A DNA stretch of 13,471 nucleotides from a virus. The position numbers and the translations under genes were made by a program. Below the pieces are notes generated by a model, which saw only the letters and a program-made list of their open reading frames with translations, did no database searches and was not told the origin of the DNA. Where the stretch lies: UHGV virus genome UHGV-0358078; one strand, written 5' to 3'. Of this stretch, positions 7,022-13,347 are shown in pieces (position 1 is the stretch's first letter; each line of letters begins with the position of its first letter).

Positions 7022-7612
7022 ATGGCTGAACGTTGGACTAAAGAAGGTATTATTGAAACCAAAACGGATTTAGAAGGCGGGTACGTCAACGACCCTGACG
7101 ACTTAGGTGCAGAAACGAACCACGGTATCACGGTAACGACTGCACGTGAGTACGGTTATAAAGGGAAAATGAAAGACCTTACCCGTGCTCAAGCTTTTGA
7201 CATTTACGATCGTGGTTGGTGGAAGAAACTCAAACTCGATGAGATTTTCGCTATCTCGCCTTTACTGGCTGACCGGATGTTTGATTTCGGAATTAACGCA
7301 GGTCGTGCCAACTGCGTGAAATCGCTACAGCGTATTCTCAACGTGTTGAACAACGAAGGTAAACTCTACGCGGACATCGATGCTGACGGTGGAATGGGGC
7401 CTAAAACGCTGGGTGCGTTGAACGCGTACCTGAAATACCGTAAAGATGAAGGGCTAAGCATTTTAATCTTTGCGTTAATCTCGCACCAAGTAACTTACTA
7501 CACGGAAATCTCCGAGAAACGTAAGCGAAACGAGAAATACACCTACGGCTGGTACGGCCGCGTGTTCAGAGAAATGGCAGATTATGCGGTAAAAGCGGGG
7601 TTAGTAAAATGA
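7022..7612 (+). CDS. Endolysin, GH108-type N-terminal domain plus PG_binding_3-like C-terminal domain
   Basis: ATG at 7022 with GGGAG upstream. N-terminal EGGYVNDPDDLGAETNHGIT matches the GH108 signature (EGGY…DPxD…GGxTxxGIT). Downstream FDFGINAGR…LQRIL…DADGGMGPKTLGAL matches the usual C-terminal peptidoglycan-binding domain of this family. No N-terminal signal or SAR segment. Confidence 0.85.
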   Translation: MAERWTKEGIIETKTDLEGGYVNDPDDLGAETNHGITVTTAREYGYKGKMKDLTRAQAFDIYDRGWWKKLKLDEIFAISPLLADRMFDFGINAGRANCVKSLQRILNVLNNEGKLYADIDADGGMGPKTLGALNAYLKYRKDEGLSILIFALISHQVTYYTEISEKRKRNEKYTYGWYGRVFREMADYAVKAGLVK

Positions 7613-7713
7613 ACTGGTTTGCTAAACTCTTAGCGTTATTGTGGAAAGCGTTAACGTCTGGTCGAAAACGTAAAGACGAAAAACGTGGGCAAGAATTCTT
7701 CTGGTTTTTGTAA
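7609..7713 (+). CDS. Candidate small ORF (34 aa), amphipathic N-terminus and basic centre; not in the ORF track
   Basis: ATG at 7609 overlaps the endolysin stop (ATGA at 7609-7612); GGGG lies 8 nt upstream. Translation MNWFAKLLALLWKALTSGRKRKDEKRGQEFFWFL, stop TAA 7711-7713. Fills the gap between the endolysin and the next gene. Too short for a conventional transmembrane holin. Confidence 0.35.
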   Translation: MNWFAKLLALLWKALTSGRKRKDEKRGQEFFWFL

Positions 7714-7728
7714 GGAAAGGTGTGGGTA

Positions 7729-8394
7729 ATGGAGAAGCTTCAATATAAACGTTTAGATAATAAGTGGTTTGTATTAACGGAGGATTACCATTATCCGTTT
7801 ACGTTACGTGAGATTTATCACGACCACGTACACTTAGACCGTGCGGTTTATTTAACCGGTGTATTACCTGACACGCAACTGTGGTTAACCGCTCCGAAAG
7901 GGTTCGTTACCGATTTAGCGTCAATTCCTGAACACCTCCAGGGAATTTTCCATCCTGACGGACCGTGGGCACCTGCGGCCTGCATTCACGACTTACTCTA
8001 TCAAAAATGTAACACGGAGCGTAGCTATCCCATGACACCGGGTGGTAACGTTTCGCGTATTATCGATAAAGAGTTCTCTGACTTAACATTCCTTCGTATT
8101 ATGCAGTCGTTGGAAATCTCGCCGTATATCTGCCAAACGTTTTATAAAGCCGTGGCGGAGTTCGGTTGGGATGCTTACGTAGACCCTAACGCGAAGCCGT
8201 CTTATACCACTAACGACTACCGTACGTTAGATTACAATCGAAACTATTTGTTCGTTCGCGAGTTTAAGGAACCCGCTATTCCTGACCACGAACGTGTTGA
8301 TATCACCACAGGTTGTCCCGTTAATGTCAAATACCTGAACATCAAACGGGCTTTTCTGTCTGGGAGGGAAGATGTTTCATCCAAATCCGAGTAA
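7729..8394 (+). CDS. DUF1353-like protein (221 aa)
   Basis: ORF track starts at GTG 7720; the in-frame ATG at 7729 follows AAGGAAAGGTG. GFVTDLASIP…ACIHDLLY resembles the (G)xxTDxASIP…HDxxY signature I associate with DUF1353; recalled from memory, not searched. No hydrophobic segment. Confidence 0.7.
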   Translation: MEKLQYKRLDNKWFVLTEDYHYPFTLREIYHDHVHLDRAVYLTGVLPDTQLWLTAPKGFVTDLASIPEHLQGIFHPDGPWAPAACIHDLLYQKCNTERSYPMTPGGNVSRIIDKEFSDLTFLRIMQSLEISPYICQTFYKAVAEFGWDAYVDPNAKPSYTTNDYRTLDYNRNYLFVREFKEPAIPDHERVDITTGCPVNVKYLNIKRAFLSGREDVSSKSE

Positions 8395-8887
8395 CTTTAA
8401 ACTCAAAGAGTTAGTACCACAATCGTACATCGCCAAATACGGTGATTCTGCAATTCGGTTTATGAACCCGTTGTTAATGATTTCGCTACAACAGATTCGT
8501 AACCGTTTCGGCAGAATGGTGATTAACTCCTCTGCTGCGCAACAGCGTGGCCTAAGAACCTTAGACTTTTTCATCAACCAAGAAAAGCCTAAGGGTGGTA
8601 ACTATAAACAACGTGCTTTACAACTCTACTCTGATTCAGGGAGTCAGCACAAGTTCGGTAATGCGTTTGACGCAACGCTTTTAGATTCGACAGTAAAACA
8701 AGTCCACGACTATATCGCCGCTAATCCTGACGAATTTCCGTTCATTCACTTTATCGAATGCGACATCAGTTGGTTACATATCGACGTTCGTAACCAACCG
8801 AATATCACGTTCTGGTCACCGAATCGCGGTACTGTGAAAGTCGTGAAACAAAGCCCTATCGATTGGAGCGCCTTAGTTAAAATCTAA
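8372..8887 (+). CDS. Peptidase M15-like (LAS-type zinc peptidase), putative peptidoglycan peptidase
   Basis: ATG at 8372 directly after GGGAGGG; overlaps the upstream gene by 23 nt. SQHKFGNAFD matches the SxHxxGxAxD zinc-ligand motif of M15/VanY-like peptidases, and WLHIDVR resembles the second His motif (xHVDVR). Followed by a palindrome and a bidirectional terminator. Confidence 0.7.
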   Translation: MFHPNPSNFKLKELVPQSYIAKYGDSAIRFMNPLLMISLQQIRNRFGRMVINSSAAQQRGLRTLDFFINQEKPKGGNYKQRALQLYSDSGSQHKFGNAFDATLLDSTVKQVHDYIAANPDEFPFIHFIECDISWLHIDVRNQPNITFWSPNRGTVKVVKQSPIDWSALVKI

Positions 8888-8939
8888 GCGCATAATCCTT
8901 AACTTAGGGTGATTATACCTTATTTTGTATAAACCGTCT

Positions 8940-8953
8940 TAGAACGCGTTCTA
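8940..8953. repeat. Perfect 14-bp palindrome TAGAACGCGTTCTA in the convergent intergenic region
   Basis: Positions 8940-8953 are self-complementary; followed by gcgcgtttt and then the bidirectional terminator at 8979-9003. Confidence 0.8.
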
Positions 8954-8978
8954 GCGCGTTTTACGGACAAAATAAACC

Positions 8979-9003
8979 TACCCTCCTGCTAAGCAGGAGG
9001 GTA
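8979..9003. terminator. Bidirectional terminator between convergent genes
   Basis: Stem taccctcctgc (8979-8989) / gcaggagggta (8993-9003) with a 3-5 nt loop. A/T-rich on both sides (aaataaacc upstream, tttattatt downstream), so it is followed by a U-tract in either direction. Confidence 0.75.
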
Positions 9004-9007
9004 TTTA

Positions 9008-9487
9008 TTATTCTACCGGGTGCAGCATAGTTCCGGTGTCTGGGATACTGCCTTCGTGACATCTGAAGAACGTTACGCCTTTACCTTCACCCGTTTTGTA
9101 GTTGACGGTGGAATACGCAAACGTTGGGGTTTTCGACAGTAACCCGTTTACACGGTAATAGCGCTCACCGGTAACGACGTTTAAGTTACCGTCCACCTTA
9201 CCTAACAGGTCTTTATAAAGTTGCGGAGATTCAATTTTACCTTCGTCCCATGTAGCGACCCAATTCGCCCCTGTATCCATGACTAACACCGAAAGGGGCA
9301 TCAGTTTTAGGCTAGACGGTACCGGTTTAAAATCAGCGAATTCTTGAGAAGCACCTGTACAGGTGTAAATGACCATATCGTGTTGGTCAACAGGTACGGT
9401 GGAGAACTGACCTTCTGCGTTCGGCTGAATAGCACAACCTGCCAATGTCATTACAAAAGCAACGACCACGAGAATGCGTTTTAGCAT
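9008..9487 (-). CDS. Predicted outer-membrane lipoprotein (159 aa)
   Basis: N-terminus MLKRILVVVAFVMTLAGC has a basic n-region, hydrophobic core and lipobox L-A-G-C, with Ala at +2 (no Asp retention signal). SD-like GGGTGAG upstream on the minus strand. Opposite in orientation to all neighbouring genes and followed by a bidirectional terminator. Confidence 0.8.
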   Translation of the reverse strand: MLKRILVVVAFVMTLAGCAIQPNAEGQFSTVPVDQHDMVIYTCTGASQEFADFKPVPSSLKLMPLSVLVMDTGANWVATWDEGKIESPQLYKDLLGKVDGNLNVVTGERYYRVNGLLSKTPTFAYSTVNYKTGEGKGVTFFRCHEGSIPDTGTMLHPVE

Positions 9488-9625
9488 AATCTCACCCTTA
9501 TTAAAATTAAGAAAAATTATTTTTTCAGGTTAGCGCCTACTGCCAACCGTCATATCTATATTTTAGGAAATGTCTAAAATAACTTTCTTATGCAATCCAC
9601 CCCTACCACTTACGAGGTAAAAAAG
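9488..9625. promoter_or_regulatory. Divergent intergenic region, probable promoter region for the lipoprotein gene (minus) and gene 9626 (plus)
   Basis: 138-nt AT-rich gap between divergently oriented starts. On the minus strand, TTGGCA (plus-strand tgccaa 9541-9546) is followed about 17 nt later by an A-rich -10-like hexamer. This is a weak match, not a confident sigma-70 promoter. Confidence 0.3.
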
Positions 9626-10162
9626 ATGGCTAAAGCCTTCAAACAACAGCTCATCGAAGCTGTAATTGCTAAAAACTCAGACACCGCTTCTAATCTGACG
9701 GTTGGTGATGTCGATTTTGGCGCTGTTGCTGAGTTCAGCGGAGACGCTGGTCGTAACACCAAAATTACGCTGACCGCCAAGGCAGAAAGCCAGAACTTCA
9801 AAGGCGAGAAAGAATTCCATTATATCCGTCTGGCTTCTCAAGACCTGATCGGTGCCAAAGCTTACGAACAAGCCGGTAGCCTCGAACTGGAAAACTCGGT
9901 CATTGTAACCAAACTGAACGAAGAAATGGTTACTAAAGGTTATGTCGATGACGAGTTTGCAGAGAGCGAACTGTCCATTGAGAAAACTGACGGGGATAGT
10001 GGTGCTAAAGTTTACACTGTCAAAGTAAGCGAAGGCCACATCAAATTCCTGGCTGGTACCATTGCCACCTTCACTTATTCCAACCCAGCTCCTGAGAAGG
10101 TAGCTCTGGACGGTCTGGAAGGTGAACTTGATGGCTTTACTGCACCGGGTGTCGGTGGCTAA
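9626..10162 (+). CDS. Paralog-family protein (178 aa), possible virion/structural protein
   Basis: ORF track starts at ATG 9590 with no SD. The in-frame ATG at 9626 has GAGG with an 8-nt spacer and gives an N-terminus colinear with the paralog at 10234 (MAKAFKQQLIEAVIAKN… vs MAATNQMMLVALYNAAN…). Both end in ELDGFTA. Followed by a G12-containing hairpin. Confidence 0.8.
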   Translation: MAKAFKQQLIEAVIAKNSDTASNLTVGDVDFGAVAEFSGDAGRNTKITLTAKAESQNFKGEKEFHYIRLASQDLIGAKAYEQAGSLELENSVIVTKLNEEMVTKGYVDDEFAESELSIEKTDGDSGAKVYTVKVSEGHIKFLAGTIATFTYSNPAPEKVALDGLEGELDGFTAPGVGG

Positions 10163-10171
10163 GTAAATTAA

Positions 10172-10198
10172 ATCGGGGGGGGGGGGACCTCCCCCGAT
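10172..10198 (+). terminator. Terminator-like hairpin containing a G12 homopolymer
   Basis: atcgggggggg (10172-10182) pairs with cctcccccgat (10188-10198), one G-U pair; followed by atttctc…tattttt. Starts 10 nt after the stop of gene 9626..10162. Confidence 0.6.
10175..10186. repeat. G12 homopolymer tract
   Basis: Twelve consecutive G at 10175-10186, inside the hairpin after gene 9626..10162. Confidence 0.9.
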
Positions 10199-10233
10199 AT
10201 TTCTCTAACTCGTATTTTTAAGGACCTAAGATA

Positions 10234-10764
10234 ATGGCCGCTACTAACCAGATGATGTTGGTCGCGCTTTATAATGCTGCTAACACTGAGCTACCACATC
10301 AGATTACTGATAAAGAAGTGTCCTTTGGTCTCCCTACTGCGCTGGAAGGCGAAAGTAAGAATACCAAAGTTACCATGACTGCACTACCGGGTTCTGAGAA
10401 TTTCAAAGGCGAAATCGAACTGCATTACGATCGTCTGGAGCCAGGTGTTGTAGGGCGTATTGAACTAACTGACGATCTGTCTCGTTGGGAAGATCAAAAC
10501 GAATTGCGCGCATGGTTACAATATTACATTAATAAAGTTAAACCGGACGATGCTATTCATCCAGCGGACGTTTCTTATTCTACCGAAGACCAGAAAGACG
10601 AACATGAAAACGTCACTCTGCGTACCGTGACGTGCACCGTTACCGAAAAGAACCTCCGTTATAAACCAGGTGTAATGGCAACTTTCGTAATTACACCGAA
10701 GGTTGTTGATAATCGTATTGACCTGGCCACCACCAACGGTGAGTTGGACGGTTTTACTGCTTAA
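10234..10764 (+). CDS. Paralog-family protein (176 aa), possible virion/structural protein
   Basis: ATG at 10234 with AAGGA 9 nt upstream. Shares the family motifs (…VSFGLPTALEGESKNTKVTMTALPGSENFKGEIELHYDRL…) and the C-terminal GELDGFTA. Followed by an 11-bp bidirectional terminator. Confidence 0.8.
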   Translation: MAATNQMMLVALYNAANTELPHQITDKEVSFGLPTALEGESKNTKVTMTALPGSENFKGEIELHYDRLEPGVVGRIELTDDLSRWEDQNELRAWLQYYINKVKPDDAIHPADVSYSTEDQKDEHENVTLRTVTCTVTEKNLRYKPGVMATFVITPKVVDNRIDLATTNGELDGFTA

Positions 10765-10802
10765 TCGCTAAGTCAACTACTATAACAAAAAAATAATAAA
10801 TT

Positions 10803-10829
10803 TACCTACCTCCTTTACGGAGGTAGGTA
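10803..10829. terminator. Bidirectional terminator between convergent genes
   Basis: Perfect 11-bp stem tacctacctcc (10803-10813) / ggaggtaggta (10819-10829), loop tttac. Flanked by aaaaaaataataaattt upstream and tttttattct downstream. Confidence 0.8.
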
Positions 10830-10833
10830 TTTT

Positions 10834-11508
10834 TTATTCTAATCCCATTTCCAGTGCAAGAGCACGGATAGTGTCGTAGTCACGCTGTTCAGCGTACTGA
10901 CGAATTTCACTTTTCTGGGCAGACATCGCGTTGTGTAGCTGTTGGTCACGTTTCACAATAGCCGCCAGCAACGTTTTACATTGTTCCAGCGTAAACGGTT
11001 CTATACGTGTATTCGACGTGTCCAACCAATAATCCGGTGCAGTTTCAGACTGGATATATTGGCCCAGCATCTGACGAGAGGTTTCGTCAGCTTGGAAATG
11101 ACGACCGTCAACTTCGATATAACCGTGACGCTGGTCTTCGTATCGGTGTTCAATTTCCAACATGATTTTCTGGATATCTAAATAGATATAGCGAGACGTC
11201 GAGCGCATATTCGAACGAATCTCATCCAGATCAATCTCCAGAACGTCAGTAATGAATTCTTTTGCTTTATTCAGTGTAAACTTCGACTCGATAGGAGACA
11301 TTTCGTAAGTTTGCATCTGAGCTAAAGCTTCTTCATCACTCATCCCTTCAATCAACTTATAGTGCAGTAAAGCACAGAACCCCGTACGTCCACGGTCTTC
11401 GTTACCTACACGCTCCATGTAGTTACCGTGACGGTCAATTGGGAGATCGTGAGCGAAATAACGCGCTCGAATCTCTTCTTTCGTTAAGCTTTTGTTAGAA
11501 GCAGACAT
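10834..11508 (-). CDS. Hypothetical protein (224 aa), last gene of the radical SAM operon
   Basis: ATG at 11508 (minus) with GGAG 7 nt upstream; overlaps the upstream gene's stop by 25 nt. Stop sits next to the terminator hairpin at 10803-10829. No motif recognised. Confidence 0.75.
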   Translation of the reverse strand: MSASNKSLTKEEIRARYFAHDLPIDRHGNYMERVGNEDRGRTGFCALLHYKLIEGMSDEEALAQMQTYEMSPIESKFTLNKAKEFITDVLEIDLDEIRSNMRSTSRYIYLDIQKIMLEIEHRYEDQRHGYIEVDGRHFQADETSRQMLGQYIQSETAPDYWLDTSNTRIEPFTLEQCKTLLAAIVKRDQQLHNAMSAQKSEIRQYAEQRDYDTIRALALEMGLE

Positions 11509-12050
11509 TCTTCTTCTCCAACCATACCTAATTCTTGCAGCAAGCCAAAATCAATCAACTGGAAGGTTTCAGAGAGATCGTTTGACCACACCACGTTTGC
11601 AATGTCGCGTTCTTCATCCGTTAACTGTGGTAACACATTTTCGTTGAACGTCTGATGCTCTACGTAATACGCATCGTAGATAGACGTGGAACGTAAGCAA
11701 CGGATCGGCATACGCGGGAAAGACACCGCTAATGCAGCAATAGATGCGCTACTCGGATTCTCCGCAGAATAACGAAGCAATTCGATCTTGTGGCGTGGAT
11801 AGTCCAGTACGCGTTGCTCGAAACCCGGATTACGTTTTTCGATTTCCACAACGGACTCATGGCCTGTTTCTGTACAGTAAACGGGAATCATCACGTTTAG
11901 CCCGTACTTAATTAACAGGGGTTTAATCTCATCTGTAAAGTCTTCGCCGGGGATAATGGCGTGGACGTTATAGAGTTTATGTTTGCGCAGAAAACGCTCA
12001 ACCAGGTGGAGTTTACGCTTCGTAAAATTGTGGATCAGAATTGATTTCAT
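11484..12050 (-). CDS. Hypothetical protein (188 aa), radical SAM operon
   Basis: ORF track begins at ATG 12074 with no SD. The in-frame ATG at 12050 is preceded by GAGG with a 6-nt spacer, which also shortens the overlap with the radical SAM gene to 38 nt. No P-loop or PP-loop motif. Function unknown. Confidence 0.7.
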   Translation of the reverse strand: MKSILIHNFTKRKLHLVERFLRKHKLYNVHAIIPGEDFTDEIKPLLIKYGLNVMIPVYCTETGHESVVEIEKRNPGFEQRVLDYPRHKIELLRYSAENPSSASIAALAVSFPRMPIRCLRSTSIYDAYYVEHQTFNENVLPQLTDEERDIANVVWSNDLSETFQLIDFGLLQELGMVGEEECLLLTKA

Positions 12051-13347
12051 TATTTGCCTCAGTAGGTTGTGCATTTAACGCACGTTTAGCTTGCTCACGC
12101 TCACGCGTACATTTCGGACAGTAACAAACAGACGAATCGTGCAGAGACGATGCGTGGACGGTACCCGTACGTTGACGCCAGTATTCTGCCGCCATCAGTT
12201 TTGCAGTCGTCCAACCACATTGACGTCGTTCAGCGTGGTACGCCTTACGGTCTTCCAGTGTCCCTTCACCGTTTTCGTAGGAAGCGGCTGCACAGCTCCC
12301 ACAACCGTGTTTCATCGGACAGCCTAAGCACGTTTCAGGATAGTTGGTGTATTGCGTCTGAATCTCTTCCAGCAGTTTCCCGCCGTCTAAGCTAACAAAC
12401 TCACGACCGACTAACTCAAACACCGCAGAGCGTGACGTTACCGTTGACATGAATCGGTTACAACCATACACCTTACGGTCAAAACCTAAGCAGGTCATAA
12501 ACGTCAACGTCCCACAGAACGGACGTAAACGTTCAGGGTTATAACGGTGCGTGTCGTCGTACAGCAGTTTATCACGCCAATCTGGGTCCCAAATCTGACG
12601 GAAATCCAGACCTTCAGGAATGATGTGGGACAACACGTTACGTGGATTGGTGTGCAGCCCTTTCTCAATCCAATAATCCATCACCTCGATCATCTGCAAC
12701 GCAATATCCGTTGCCATGCTCCGTGGAAGGATATCTTCGTACGTCACGTTACCTGAAATCGTACCGCCACCGGCAATATCAATTAACGACTTCATACTCG
12801 CCGCGTAATGCGGTAAGGTTTCGGTCGTGAAGGTTGCCTTGATACCCAGTTCGGCAATCCCCACTTCTTTTAAGTAGTTATAGCCACGAACGGCGGCTTC
12901 GTAAGAACCCTGACGCGTCGTTGTAAAAATACGATAGCGGTCATGAACTTCTGGCAACCCGTCGATAGACACACCGATGGAGAGTTTGTCTTTCCAACGC
13001 TCAACAATCTCACGGTTTAACGGACGGTCTAACAACGTCCCGTTCGTGGAGATACTGAACATATACGGACGATTATGCTCCTTACACAGCTGTTCTGCGG
13101 TTTCAAACGCCGCTAACAACAGTTTCGGTTGCATAAAAGGTTCGCCACCGATGATATCAATAATGACGTCGATGTTCGGAATATCTTTATCACGCTCAAA
13201 ACAGGCGTGTAAGAAATCCACGATATCCGCCGCTTTGTTATTACGCGGATACTTACGTTCGTAACAATACTCACAATCTAAGTTACAAGACAGGTTCGTT
13301 ACCACCTGGTAAGTACGTTGTGAACGTGGTGCTTCATTATTGCTCAT
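12013..13347 (-). CDS. Radical SAM enzyme with C-terminal SPASM-type Cys-rich domain (anSME-like architecture)
   Basis: CNLDCEYC (CX3CX2C) at residues 21-28; IGGEPF SAM-binding motif; STNGTLL and SIDG…HDRYR motifs typical of SPASM-family radical SAM enzymes. C-terminal clusters CGTLTFMTC…C and CLGCPMKHGCGSC (CX2CX5CX2C), plus a further CYCPKC. ATG at 13347 with AGGA 9 nt upstream and an in-frame stop three codons upstream. Confidence 0.9.
   Translation of the reverse strand: MSNNEAPRSQRTYQVVTNLSCNLDCEYCYERKYPRNNKAADIVDFLHACFERDKDIPNIDVIIDIIGGEPFMQPKLLLAAFETAEQLCKEHNRPYMFSISTNGTLLDRPLNREIVERWKDKLSIGVSIDGLPEVHDRYRIFTTTRQGSYEAAVRGYNYLKEVGIAELGIKATFTTETLPHYAASMKSLIDIAGGGTISGNVTYEDILPRSMATDIALQMIEVMDYWIEKGLHTNPRNVLSHIIPEGLDFRQIWDPDWRDKLLYDDTHRYNPERLRPFCGTLTFMTCLGFDRKVYGCNRFMSTVTSRSAVFELVGREFVSLDGGKLLEEIQTQYTNYPETCLGCPMKHGCGSCAAASYENGEGTLEDRKAYHAERRQCGWTTAKLMAAEYWRQRTGTVHASSLHDSSVCYCPKCTREREQAKRALNAQPTEANNEINSDPQFYEA

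Noticed and set aside
6609-7131. Minus-strand ORFs 6609..6980 and 6844..7131
   Set aside because: They run antisense through gene 6460..6957, the terminator at 6961-6998 and the endolysin start. Pro/Ser/Arg/Cys-rich translations are typical of antisense frames.
7609-7713. Small ORF after the endolysin as the holin
   Set aside because: The hydrophobic stretch is about 15 residues, too short for a membrane-spanning helix, with no second transmembrane segment. Kept only as a candidate small ORF.
8377-8577. Minus-strand ORF 8377..8577 (66 aa)
   Set aside because: Antisense within the M15-like peptidase gene; no support.
9008-9487. Lipoprotein as an o-spanin (Rz1-like) or unimolecular spanin
   Set aside because: At 159 aa it is much larger than typical o-spanins and is not proline-rich. 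It has no C-terminal transmembrane segment as u-spanins do. It is transcribed opposite to the lysis-like cluster and is not embedded in or next to an i-spanin gene.
9610-10039. Minus-strand ORFs 9610..9801 and 9677..10039
   Set aside because: Antisense within paralog-family gene 9626..10162, which has a strong SD, terminator and paralog support.
10942-11181. Plus-strand ORF 10942..11181 (79 aa)
   Set aside because: Antisense within minus-strand gene 10834..11508, which is part of the coupled operon.
12051-12074. First ATG at 12074 as the start of the 188-aa minus-strand gene
   Set aside because: No SD upstream of 12074, and it would overlap the radical SAM gene by 62 nt. The ATG at 12050 has GAGG with a 6-nt spacer. 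The longer form is not excluded.
12091-13264. Plus-strand ORFs 12091..12327, 12150..12395, 12547..12756, 12642..12830 and 12977..13264
   Set aside because: All antisense within the radical SAM gene, whose motifs make the minus-strand frame unambiguous. Arg/Ser/Pro-rich translations are typical of GC-rich antisense frames.
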